Assembly (NCBI GenBank): GCA_038061125.1
Contig: JBBTZX010000049.1
Location: 1-32,198 of the forward strand
From: Patescibacteria group bacterium
Lineage (GTDB): Bacteria > Patescibacteriota > Microgenomatia > Levybacterales > UBA12049
DNA length: 32,198 bases
Reading direction: 5' to 3'
In this document: piece after piece, positions 1 through 7,236 of the stretch
Layout: every line of letters starts with the position of its first letter
Numbering within the stretch: position 1 is the first letter of the stretch
Made by a program: the position numbers and the translations under genes
Notes under the pieces: model-generated
What the model was told of the DNA's origin: nothing
Seen by the model: the letters and a program-made list of their open reading frames with translations, nothing else
Database searches by the model: none

Positions 1-431
1 AAAATTAATAAAGATATGGGGGCAAGAAAAATAATAGTCGTAAGAAGCGTTTTGAAAGAATAATTTTCGCGTGAAGAAAGAAATGAAGCGAAAGAAACCA
101 AAAGAAAAGGTTTTAGAATTTCGGAAAACTGAATTTTTATTCCCCAAATCTCAATCCATCTGACAGATCCTCTTGTCGCAGCGCCTAAAACCAGAACTAA
201 TGCAAGTAGAACTAGAGAGGTAATGTAAATTGGAGCAGAGTAAAGCTTAATTATCCTGTAGTTTACTTGGGAAAAAAATAAGAAGGCAAAAAGAGAAATG
301 ATAAGAAAAATAAACTGACTTCTGAATAAAGAAAAACTAATTGAGAAAAGTGTAGTCAAGCTTAGGAGTACCAATACGAAAACCGGCAATACCAAAGTCC
401 AATCTACATCCAAGAGGCTTCTTTTTGTCAT
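1..431 (-). CDS. SEDS-family peptidoglycan polymerase (RodA/FtsW-like), N-terminal part; continues past the left edge
   Basis: Absent from the ORF track because no stop lies in the window. Hand translation from the ATG at 431-429 gives MTKRSLLDVDWTLVLPVFVLVLLSL...GAATRGSVRWIEIWGIKIQFSEILKPFLLVSFASFL. The G..G..RW...Q(P/F)SE..K block after N-terminal TM helices is the SEDS signature. The ATG overlaps the ileS stop (ATGA at 428-431). Confidence 0.8.
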   Translation of the reverse strand, partial: MTKRSLLDVDWTLVLPVFVLVLLSLTTLFSISFSLFRSQFIFLIISLFAFLFFSQVNYRIIKLYSAPIYITSLVLLALVLVLGAATRGSVRWIEIWGIKIQFSEILKPFLLVSFASFLSSRENYSFKTLLTTIIFLAPISLLI

Positions 432-3280
432 ACGCGGTCAACGGTAAATTTTGGCCCTTTTTTAAGATTTCTAATCAAAGCTTTTTTCTTGATGAGACTT
501 TCGAAAGGCAAAGGCCAATCAGGTAAGGTAACGTTTATTTCATCATTAAGTTCTGTCCCCAGTTTTTTTCTCTCCTCTTGAATTTGTCTGATTATGTCTC
601 TTGCTTCCATTTCTTCTTGCAACTCTTTGGTTATATTCGTATCAAATTCAACAGAAAGTTCTCCTTTATTTTTTGCCAAAACAACTTTTTTAACATTTAA
701 CTCATCTTTAATTAGGCCTATTAATTCTTCATCGATTGAAAATTTAGAATTGAAAATTGAAAATTTAGAAAGCGGTTGTCTTACTTTGATATCTAACTCT
801 CTTCGTTTTGCGTGTCCTAATTCGACAACATTTCTAACAAAAGACATATCATCTATTAGTTTTTCATCTAGCAAGCTTTCATCTTTCAACGGATAATTTT
901 GCAAGTGAACTGATTCTTCTCCAGTTAGATTAGTAAACATCTCGTCAGAGATAAAAGGAACGAATGGAGCAAGTAATTTGCAAAGCGTTAGTAAAATTTC
1001 GTACATCGTGGATAAGGTAATATTTCTTTCATTCTTATCCGACGTAGTGCCCACACGGTTTCTGGAACGTCTTACATACCAAGTTGAAAAATCATTGATT
1101 ACGAAATTTTGAATAGCTCGAGACGAAGTCATTGCGTCATACTTTTCTAAAGATTTATTCGTTACGTCTATAACTTGATTTAATTTCGCTAGGATCCATA
1201 AGTCTAAGGGTTTCAATGTTCCTGTCTTAGTATTGGGATTCCAATTGGAGAAAGTTACGTAATCAATAAAAAATTTATAAGAGTTCCAAAGAATTAAATA
1301 AAATTTTCTTTTAGTTTCGCTTGCGGCTTTGTAGCCGAAATTTAAATTATTTTCCGGATTTGTAGTTACGAACATCCATCTCATAACATCTGATCCTATT
1401 TTCGTAGCCCCTTCATTAAATTCAACTGCGTTACCTTTGGACTTATGCATTTCTTCGCCTTTTTCATCTCTGACGGATGCAAATCCCAATACGGTTTTAA
1501 AAGGATTTGTGTTTTTCAAAGCAGTGCTCATGGCTATCAAAGAGTAGAACCAGTTCTTAAACTGTCCGGGAAAACTTTCAGTTATAAAATCTGACGGAAA
1601 CCAATCTTCCGGCAGTGTGGAAAAGGGTACAATTCCAGCGTCAAGCCATGGATTGCCAACATCCTGAACTCTTGACATAAGGGTATCGCATTTTTCGCAT
1701 TTTAATTTGACCTCATCTATCCATGGTCTGTGAGGGCTATTTCCTTCGAATAAATCCCATCCTTGTGCTGCTTTTTCTTTTAACTCGTTTTTTTCTCCAA
1801 CTACTTGGAAATGCTTGCACTTCGTACATTCCCAAATAGGAAGAGCAAGTCCCCAATATCTTTTTTTGCTGATAAGCCAGTCATGCATATTTTTCAGCCA
1901 GTCCAACTCCCTTTCTTTTCCCCAAGAGGGAATCCAGTTAATCTTTTTTGTCACCTCAACCATCTGCTCTCTGTAAGTTTTGCCGGATTTATCTTTTTTA
2001 TCCATGGCTATGTACCATTCGTCAACAACTCTCCAAACTAATTCCGTCTTACACCTCCAACAGGTTGGATATCTATGGGTAATTCTTTCAGTTTCAAAGA
2101 AATACTTACCATTTTCATAAGTTTTAAGGTAATCAATTATCAATTCGGGATGTTTCTTGGCGTTTTTTCCTGCAAATTCACCCATACCAAGAACGTATGA
2201 TGCATCCTCTTCAATAGAGGAGATAACGGGTAATTTATTTTCTTTCCCAAGTTTGAAATCTTCTTCTCCTGCTCCAGGAGCAACATGTAACAATCCTGTT
2301 CCTTCAGTTTCCGTGACGATATCTTTGCCGTCAATGATGCGATGAATGTAACTGCCTAATGTTTTTTTAACCAAAGGGATTTCATCGAAAGGTGCAACAT
2401 ACTCCCAGCCTATGAATTCTTTTCCTAATTTTTTATCAAATACCTCACCTTTTTTGCCTTTAATTAACCATCTTTTTTCCATAAGCCAAAGCTTTTCATC
2501 ATTGGGGCCTTTTGTAAGAACATATTGTTCTTTGGGATTTACAGCGATTGCAACATTTGACGGAATTGTCCATGGCGTTGTTGTCCAAACCAATAAATAT
2601 TCATTTGTTCTATTTTTTATCGGAAGTTTAAAATAAACAGTTTCGTGGGTTATCTCTTTATATTCCTCAGTAAGAATTTCGTGCTGTGAGATTGCCGTTC
2701 CGCATCTTGGACACCAAGGAACAGTATCGTGACCTTTATATAGCCAGCCTTTTTCATTAATTACTTTTAGAAAATTCCAAATCGCGTAATTATTTCCATC
2801 GGAAGAGGTATGATAGGAGTTATCCCAATCCATAAAATATCCAAGCCGTTTACTTTGCTCGGTTTGAATAGCGGAAAATTTTTTGACCCGTTCTTTGCAA
2901 AGATTAATAAATTTTTCAATGCTTTTAAATTTATTTCCAGATACAAGATTTTCAATATCTTTTTTATTTCTTAATCCCAATTCTTTTTCTACTTCCACTT
3001 CAACCCACAAGCCTTGTTCATCAAAGCCGTTCTGAAACCTTTGTTTTCTTCCCCTCATAGTCCAATATCTTTGCCAAAGATCTTTATAGGTTCTTCCCCA
3101 GGCATGATGAACTCCCATTGGGTTATTCGCAGTTATTGGTCCATCTAAGAAGGAAAACTTCTCTTTCGAAGAATCGTTTTTATGTAAATATTTACCAACT
3201 ATTCTTTTTTTTTGCCATTTATTCAATAATTCTTCTTCCAATTTTGGGAAATCTATTTGTGAAGAAACAGGTTTAAACAT
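428..3280 (-). CDS. ileS: Isoleucine--tRNA ligase (class I aaRS with CP1 editing domain)
   Basis: 950 aa ORF. Motifs seen are TTTPWTIPSNVAIAV (IleRS editing-domain signature), PWCPRCGTAISQHE, a KMSKS-like EMHKSKGN and a HIGH-region GPITANNPMGVHHAWGRTYKD. The length is typical for IleRS. Confidence 0.9.
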   Translation of the reverse strand: MFKPVSSQIDFPKLEEELLNKWQKKRIVGKYLHKNDSSKEKFSFLDGPITANNPMGVHHAWGRTYKDLWQRYWTMRGRKQRFQNGFDEQGLWVEVEVEKELGLRNKKDIENLVSGNKFKSIEKFINLCKERVKKFSAIQTEQSKRLGYFMDWDNSYHTSSDGNNYAIWNFLKVINEKGWLYKGHDTVPWCPRCGTAISQHEILTEEYKEITHETVYFKLPIKNRTNEYLLVWTTTPWTIPSNVAIAVNPKEQYVLTKGPNDEKLWLMEKRWLIKGKKGEVFDKKLGKEFIGWEYVAPFDEIPLVKKTLGSYIHRIIDGKDIVTETEGTGLLHVAPGAGEEDFKLGKENKLPVISSIEEDASYVLGMGEFAGKNAKKHPELIIDYLKTYENGKYFFETERITHRYPTCWRCKTELVWRVVDEWYIAMDKKDKSGKTYREQMVEVTKKINWIPSWGKERELDWLKNMHDWLISKKRYWGLALPIWECTKCKHFQVVGEKNELKEKAAQGWDLFEGNSPHRPWIDEVKLKCEKCDTLMSRVQDVGNPWLDAGIVPFSTLPEDWFPSDFITESFPGQFKNWFYSLIAMSTALKNTNPFKTVLGFASVRDEKGEEMHKSKGNAVEFNEGATKIGSDVMRWMFVTTNPENNLNFGYKAASETKRKFYLILWNSYKFFIDYVTFSNWNPNTKTGTLKPLDLWILAKLNQVIDVTNKSLEKYDAMTSSRAIQNFVINDFSTWYVRRSRNRVGTTSDKNERNITLSTMYEILLTLCKLLAPFVPFISDEMFTNLTGEESVHLQNYPLKDESLLDEKLIDDMSFVRNVVELGHAKRRELDIKVRQPLSKFSIFNSKFSIDEELIGLIKDELNVKKVVLAKNKGELSVEFDTNITKELQEEMEARDIIRQIQEERKKLGTELNDEINVTLPDWPLPFESLIKKKALIRNLKKGPKFTVDRV

Positions 3281-3287
3281 ATTATTA

Positions 3288-3317
3288 ATTCTATCTGATT
3301 TGGTATAATTAACGCAA
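3288..3317 (-). promoter_or_regulatory. Putative sigma70-type promoter for ileS (TTGCGT-18-TAGAAT), with the -10 box 7 nt from the ATG
   Basis: Read on the minus strand, TTGCGT (3317-3312), an 18 nt spacer, TAGAAT (3293-3288), then 7 nt (taataat) before the ileS ATG at 3280. Motif match only, in AT-rich DNA. Confidence 0.4.
3301..3309 (+). promoter_or_regulatory. Putative extended -10 promoter (TGgTATAAT) for tRNA-Val and possibly the downstream GT4 gene
   Basis: TG at 3301-3302 and TATAAT at 3304-3309, 8 nt upstream of the mature tRNA 5' end at 3318. Confidence 0.45.
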
Positions 3318-3389
3318 GGACTCGTAGCTCAGCGGTAGAGCGCTTCATTCACATTGAAGAAGTCAGAGGTTCGAATCCTCTCGGGTCCA
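3318..3389 (+). tRNA. tRNA-Val (anticodon CAC)
   Basis: Hand-folded cloverleaf: acceptor GGACTCG/CGGGTCC (one G-U pair), D arm GCTC-AGCGGTA-GAGC, anticodon arm CTTCA-TTCACAT-TGAAG, variable loop AAGTC, T arm AGAGG-TTCGAAT-CCTCT, discriminator A. CCA is not encoded. Confidence 0.9.
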
Positions 3390-3390
3390 C

Positions 3391-4449
3391 ATGAAGATTC
3401 TTTTTTTGTCCAGACTTTTTTATCCCCATATCGGCGGAGTTGAAAAGCATGTAATGGAAATAAGCAGATTGTTAGTTGAGAAAGGTCATCAGGTAAGCGT
3501 GGTAACGGAAGAATTACCAGCTGAAGATATACCAGTATATCTTCAATCAAAGAGGTTACCGGAGCATGAGGTTTTTAATTCAATTGAAGTTTATAGAATT
3601 CCGGTTGGCAAAAATGAATGGTTTAAAAAGTTTATTATTTGGAAATGGTTTTGGACAAACAGAAAATTGATAGAGGATGCAGATATAGTACATTGTCATG
3701 ATGTATTTTTTTGGTACCTCCCTTTTAGATTTTTATTTCCTTTCAAAAAAGTATTTACAACATTTCATGGATACGAAGGTTATCCTCTAAAACCAAAAGA
3801 TATTTTAGTGCACAAATTGTCAGAAAAGCTATCCAATGGCAATATTTGTATTGGTGATTTTATTCAAAGATGGTATGGAACAAAGCCAACATATGTTTCG
3901 TATGGAGGCGTTAACGTAAGCGAAAAACGAAAAGCGAAAAGCGAAAAGCAGGTAGAACGATCAGCGGTTTTTGTAGGAAGACTTGATGAGCAGACGGGTT
4001 TTTTAACCTATCTTGAGGCGGTTAAAAAAATAAGAGAAAAATTTCCGGATTTTAAATTCACCGTATTTGGAGATGGAAAGCTTAGGAATAAAATTAATAA
4101 AGATATCGATTTCAGAGGTTTAGTAGAAAATCCGGAGAAAGAATTGCCGAAATTCAATTTTATTTTTGCCTCAAGATACTTATCGATTTTGGAAGCAATG
4201 GCTGCAAAAAGATCGGTATTGGCAGTATACGATAATCCCTTAAAAAAAGATTATTTAAAGATGTCACCGTTTGCGGATTATATTTCGATTAGCGATTCAT
4301 CGGAGGGTTTAGCTAAAAATGTAGAATATTTTTTAAAAAATCCCAAAGAGAAAGAAAAATTAACTAATAAAGCTTTTGAGTGGGTAAAAAAGCAATCCTG
4401 GGGAAATCTATCTAATGTATGCATAAATCTTTGGCAACGAAGTAAATAG
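3391..4449 (+). CDS. GT4-family (GT-B fold) glycosyltransferase
   Basis: The N-terminus MKILFLSRLFYPHIGGVEKHVMEISRLLVEKGHQV is the classic GT4 beta1/Gly-rich loop. The C-terminal half has VFVGRLDEQTG and SILEAMAAKRSVLA (EX7E-like region). The start codon lies 1 nt after the tRNA-Val discriminator base. Confidence 0.85.
   Translation: MKILFLSRLFYPHIGGVEKHVMEISRLLVEKGHQVSVVTEELPAEDIPVYLQSKRLPEHEVFNSIEVYRIPVGKNEWFKKFIIWKWFWTNRKLIEDADIVHCHDVFFWYLPFRFLFPFKKVFTTFHGYEGYPLKPKDILVHKLSEKLSNGNICIGDFIQRWYGTKPTYVSYGGVNVSEKRKAKSEKQVERSAVFVGRLDEQTGFLTYLEAVKKIREKFPDFKFTVFGDGKLRNKINKDIDFRGLVENPEKELPKFNFIFASRYLSILEAMAAKRSVLAVYDNPLKKDYLKMSPFADYISISDSSEGLAKNVEYFLKNPKEKEKLTNKAFEWVKKQSWGNLSNVCINLWQRSK
3920..3947 (+). 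repeat. Heptanucleotide tandem repeat (gcgaaaa/acgaaaa/gcgaaaa/gcgaaaa) inside the GT4 CDS
   Basis: Four consecutive 7-nt units plus a partial gc, read directly. They encode SEKRKAKSEK in the predicted inter-domain linker. Confidence 0.9.
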
Positions 4450-4455
4450 AGGGAG

Positions 4456-5478
4456 TTATATTTCATACAAAGCTTCAAAAAACAGTCTTTGAATCGGGTG
4501 AGGATGCTGGTAAATAGTGCGCCAATTTTTAGGAATGGGGTATTCGTCTTCCCTTATGCAGGAATTATCCTTTGCATACGATCTTATCCATTGTTTGTTA
4601 TAAAAATAGCCATCAGTTAAGCGGTTAATCTCATTAATATAATTACTTATTTGTCTTCGTGTCATTTCATGCAGTGTGCTTATCGAAATCATAAGATTAA
4701 AATACTTATCGGGTAAATATTTTATTTGATGAGCCATAATAAATCTAATTCGCGCGGCTTCAAATTCTTCCTTTATTTCTCCAAACGATGAAAAAGGCCT
4801 AAAGAGAAAAATCTTTTCCTCAGGAAACACTTTTGATAAATACTCCTGCGATATAAAAAGAGCAGGCGGAATGTCGATAATGCAATAGGAAATTTTTGGC
4901 AGCGCCTGCAGAAATACATATGCCAATCTTCCATATCCCGCACCTATTTCTGCCACTTCCATATGTTTTTGTGAATTAATTTTATCGGTTATACTATAAA
5001 ACTCATGTACGGAGTTGCATAAGTCTTGAGAGACAAAGTTCTTTTTATAGCTAACGATGAAAGGGTTTCCGACAAGAGGCTCTTTGATACGATCTAAAAG
5101 TTTCAATTTGTCTTTGCGATAAACATAGTCGCTTAGATAAGCGACATATATTTTGTATATGAAAGCAGTAATGTGATTAAAAGACGTAACGTATGAGCGG
5201 ATTTGCGACCGAGGATTTAAAAATCGGCTCCTAAATATCGGAGCAAAATTTCCTCTTTTCAACTCTGAAATTATTGGCGATAGCTGATGTCTAATAATCA
5301 TCAGGATTTTCCAATTAAAATAGTGTACCGTAACCGATCTTTTAAAATTGTCAAAACCAGAATGCAGCAATTGTGCGTTATGTATTTTATTTAATTTTTT
5401 CCAAAATTCCGAAGGATAATAGACTGAAGGAGCTTTCTTGATTTCGGTAATCATTTCTTTTAGCTTCGCGTTATTCAT
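4456..5478 (-). CDS. Class I SAM-dependent methyltransferase, putative sugar O-methyltransferase type
   Basis: 340 aa. The N-terminal PSEFWKKLNKIHNAQLLHSGFDNFKRSVTVHYFNW and the central VAEIGAGYGRLAYVFL (SAM motif I) resemble the putative sugar O-methyltransferase family found in O-antigen-type clusters. The ATG overlaps the upstream stop (ATGA at 5475-5478). Confidence 0.65.
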   Translation of the reverse strand: MNNAKLKEMITEIKKAPSVYYPSEFWKKLNKIHNAQLLHSGFDNFKRSVTVHYFNWKILMIIRHQLSPIISELKRGNFAPIFRSRFLNPRSQIRSYVTSFNHITAFIYKIYVAYLSDYVYRKDKLKLLDRIKEPLVGNPFIVSYKKNFVSQDLCNSVHEFYSITDKINSQKHMEVAEIGAGYGRLAYVFLQALPKISYCIIDIPPALFISQEYLSKVFPEEKIFLFRPFSSFGEIKEEFEAARIRFIMAHQIKYLPDKYFNLMISISTLHEMTRRQISNYINEINRLTDGYFYNKQWIRSYAKDNSCIREDEYPIPKNWRTIYQHPHPIQRLFFEALYEI

Positions 5479-7232
5479 ATAAGATTTCGAAAAATATTTT
5501 TTATCCTTTTTGATGAAATTATTAAAAATATCAAAATAAGAGCAAGGAAAGAAAAAAAGCTTAAGAACATCGAGAAAGCCCTGACTTTCGTATTCATAAA
5601 GCTTACATCCACTTTATATGATCCTTTATTTAAATTGAAGGTTATAATTCCAGGATAAGCGGTATCAATGAAGCTAAATGGATAAGGATTGCCATTCACC
5701 CTTACAATCCAGTTTGGGAAATATAAGGTGTTCTCCTTTATAAGCGCGTTTTTTGATGTAACATTTATTAAATATGAGTGTTTTACTGAATTTCTTGATA
5801 TTTCGGATATATCTGCTTTTCCTTGTACAATCTCAATATGGGGCACTGTTCTCTGATTGGATTTGAAATTATTGGAATTGACCCATATCGTAGTTCCCTG
5901 CCCAACTTTAGTGATATTGCTGGGTAATTCGTATAAGATAGAAGAATCTGTTAAAAGAGGTAAAGTTTTCCTATTTCCCCAGTTTGGAATAGTTGTTAAT
6001 ATTGCAATTAAACACAAGCTGACAAAAAGCCATTTCTGGGTAATATTTTTTATAACTACTCCGGCGATTATGGAGACAAAAAATGAAATTAGCAAAAGCA
6101 GTCTATAGGAATATTGGAAACCTTTTAGTAATGAAACATTCATCCACATTGTTCTCGAAAACGACTGAGTCATAATTAGAAATAGGAAAAGAGAGGTAAC
6201 AGATATTAAATATACGACTTTTCCTTTCAGAGAAATCTTGCCTTTAAAAAATAAAATAATCGAAAATATGATGATAAACCATTGTATATATCCTACTATG
6301 AAGGATAGCTCCCCGTTGGGTCCTTGGAATAAAAACCCCCACCTCCATGGAGAATAAAAAAGCTGACTTAACGATATGAACGATACAGCTCCCGTTGTTA
6401 ATAAATTTGTATATTTAGCTTCAAAAATAACTGGCATCCAGTAGAAAGAAGATAGCAATAGTCCCATGATAAGGGATAGGATATAGAAAAATATGTATTT
6501 AATTTTTTTTCTGTTTTTTGTTATCCAAAGATAAAGACAGTAAGCAATAATAAACGGAAACGATATGAGCGATATAGCTTGATGGGAAAGCACAAGGAGA
6601 GTTACGCTTAAGGAAGATAAGAAAAACCACAAAAAGGTAATTTTATTAGACATCTTCCTTATTGTTAAGAAACAAAAAGGAAGAATTGCAAAGGCAATAA
6701 TCTCCCCGATAGCTGCCCTAAAATGTAAATCAACAAGATGATACGGAGAAAAAAGATAAATGATAGCGGCGATAAATGCGGAACATCTATTCTTCAGTTC
6801 TTCTTTTATGAATAAATACATCATAATACCAGAGGCGATAAATGAAAGAGCAAGGATGAGTTTTAGGCTATTAATAAAATTAAATCCTATAAAATGAAAT
6901 AAAGATGCTAAGTAATAAGGAAGAGGATAGGCGAAAAGAAAGAGCGGATATCCATATCCGTAAATAATTTGACTGCTCCAGCGCGGAATAATATTTCCGT
7001 CTTTTAGGGATTCGTAGAATGACATGGCGAATCCGGTATGTATAGTTAAATCTCCGCTTTCATACGTGCCTTTTCTTAGGATACTTACAAGAGGTAACAG
7101 GGAGATTAAGACTAAGAGAAATAATAGGTTAATATTGCGTTTTGGGTAAACATATTTATAAATTATTATTCCAAGCAGCAATAAGACAGAAAATATTAGG
7201 TTGACCATTGTCATTCTGTAAGGTTCAATCAT
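5475..7232 (-). CDS. Polytopic membrane protein, GT-C-like (PTPS-related/COG5617- or YfhO-like); paralog A
   Basis: 585 aa with more than 10 hydrophobic segments. An acidic first-loop motif YESGDLTIHTGFAMSF is followed by GYPLFLFAYPLPYY. A C-terminal beta-rich soluble domain (IKENTLYFPNW...) precedes a terminal TM anchor. Tandem paralog of 7237-8976. Confidence 0.6.
   Translation of the reverse strand: MIEPYRMTMVNLIFSVLLLLGIIIYKYVYPKRNINLLFLLVLISLLPLVSILRKGTYESGDLTIHTGFAMSFYESLKDGNIIPRWSSQIIYGYGYPLFLFAYPLPYYLASLFHFIGFNFINSLKLILALSFIASGIMMYLFIKEELKNRCSAFIAAIIYLFSPYHLVDLHFRAAIGEIIAFAILPFCFLTIRKMSNKITFLWFFLSSLSVTLLVLSHQAISLISFPFIIAYCLYLWITKNRKKIKYIFFYILSLIMGLLLSSFYWMPVIFEAKYTNLLTTGAVSFISLSQLFYSPWRWGFLFQGPNGELSFIVGYIQWFIIIFSIILFFKGKISLKGKVVYLISVTSLFLFLIMTQSFSRTMWMNVSLLKGFQYSYRLLLLISFFVSIIAGVVIKNITQKWLFVSLCLIAILTTIPNWGNRKTLPLLTDSSILYELPSNITKVGQGTTIWVNSNNFKSNQRTVPHIEIVQGKADISEISRNSVKHSYLINVTSKNALIKENTLYFPNWIVRVNGNPYPFSFIDTAYPGIITFNLNKGSYKVDVSFMNTKVRAFSMFLSFFSFLALILIFLIISSKRIKNIFRNLI
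7072..7109 (-). repeat. 38-nt exact repeat shared with 8816-8853 (core of an approximately 106-nt high-identity tract, 7045-7150)
   Basis: tttcttaggatacttacaagaggtaacagggagattaa is identical at both sites. A second exact 22-mer (7129-7150 = 8873-8894) has the same 1744-nt offset. Confidence 0.95.
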
Positions 7233-7236
7233 AAGA

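Noticed and set aside
428-431. Possible alternative genetic code (UGA as sense codon, as in SR1/Gracilibacteria or Mycoplasma-like codes)
   Set aside because: TGA terminates ileS, pyrD, pyrF and several glycan genes exactly at ATGA start/stop overlaps. The long ORFs are uninterrupted under code 11, so the standard bacterial code fits.
594-2955. Several 62-100 aa ORFs within the ileS locus (594-896, 1805-2041, 2157-2345 and 2412-2636 on the opposite strand; 2140-2334 and 2767-2955 on the same strand in other frames)
   Set aside because: All lie entirely inside the well-supported 950-aa ileS CDS. They have low-complexity Ser/Phe/Leu-rich translations typical of antisense or off-frame reading of AT-rich coding DNA, and no recognisable motifs.
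3329-3550. 73-aa minus-strand ORF spanning the tRNA-Val gene and the GT4 N-terminus
   Set aside because: It overlaps a confidently folded tRNA and the conserved GT4 start region, so it is an artefact of ORF calling. The same applies to 26455-26751 (+), which runs across tRNA-Thr.
4450-4455. Intrinsic terminators at operon ends (4450-4455, 17709/17710, 25899-25902, and 26716-26764 after pyrE)
   Set aside because: I could not find GC-rich stem-loops followed by U-tracts in or around these short gaps, so no terminator feature is reported. The absence itself is noted as a finding.
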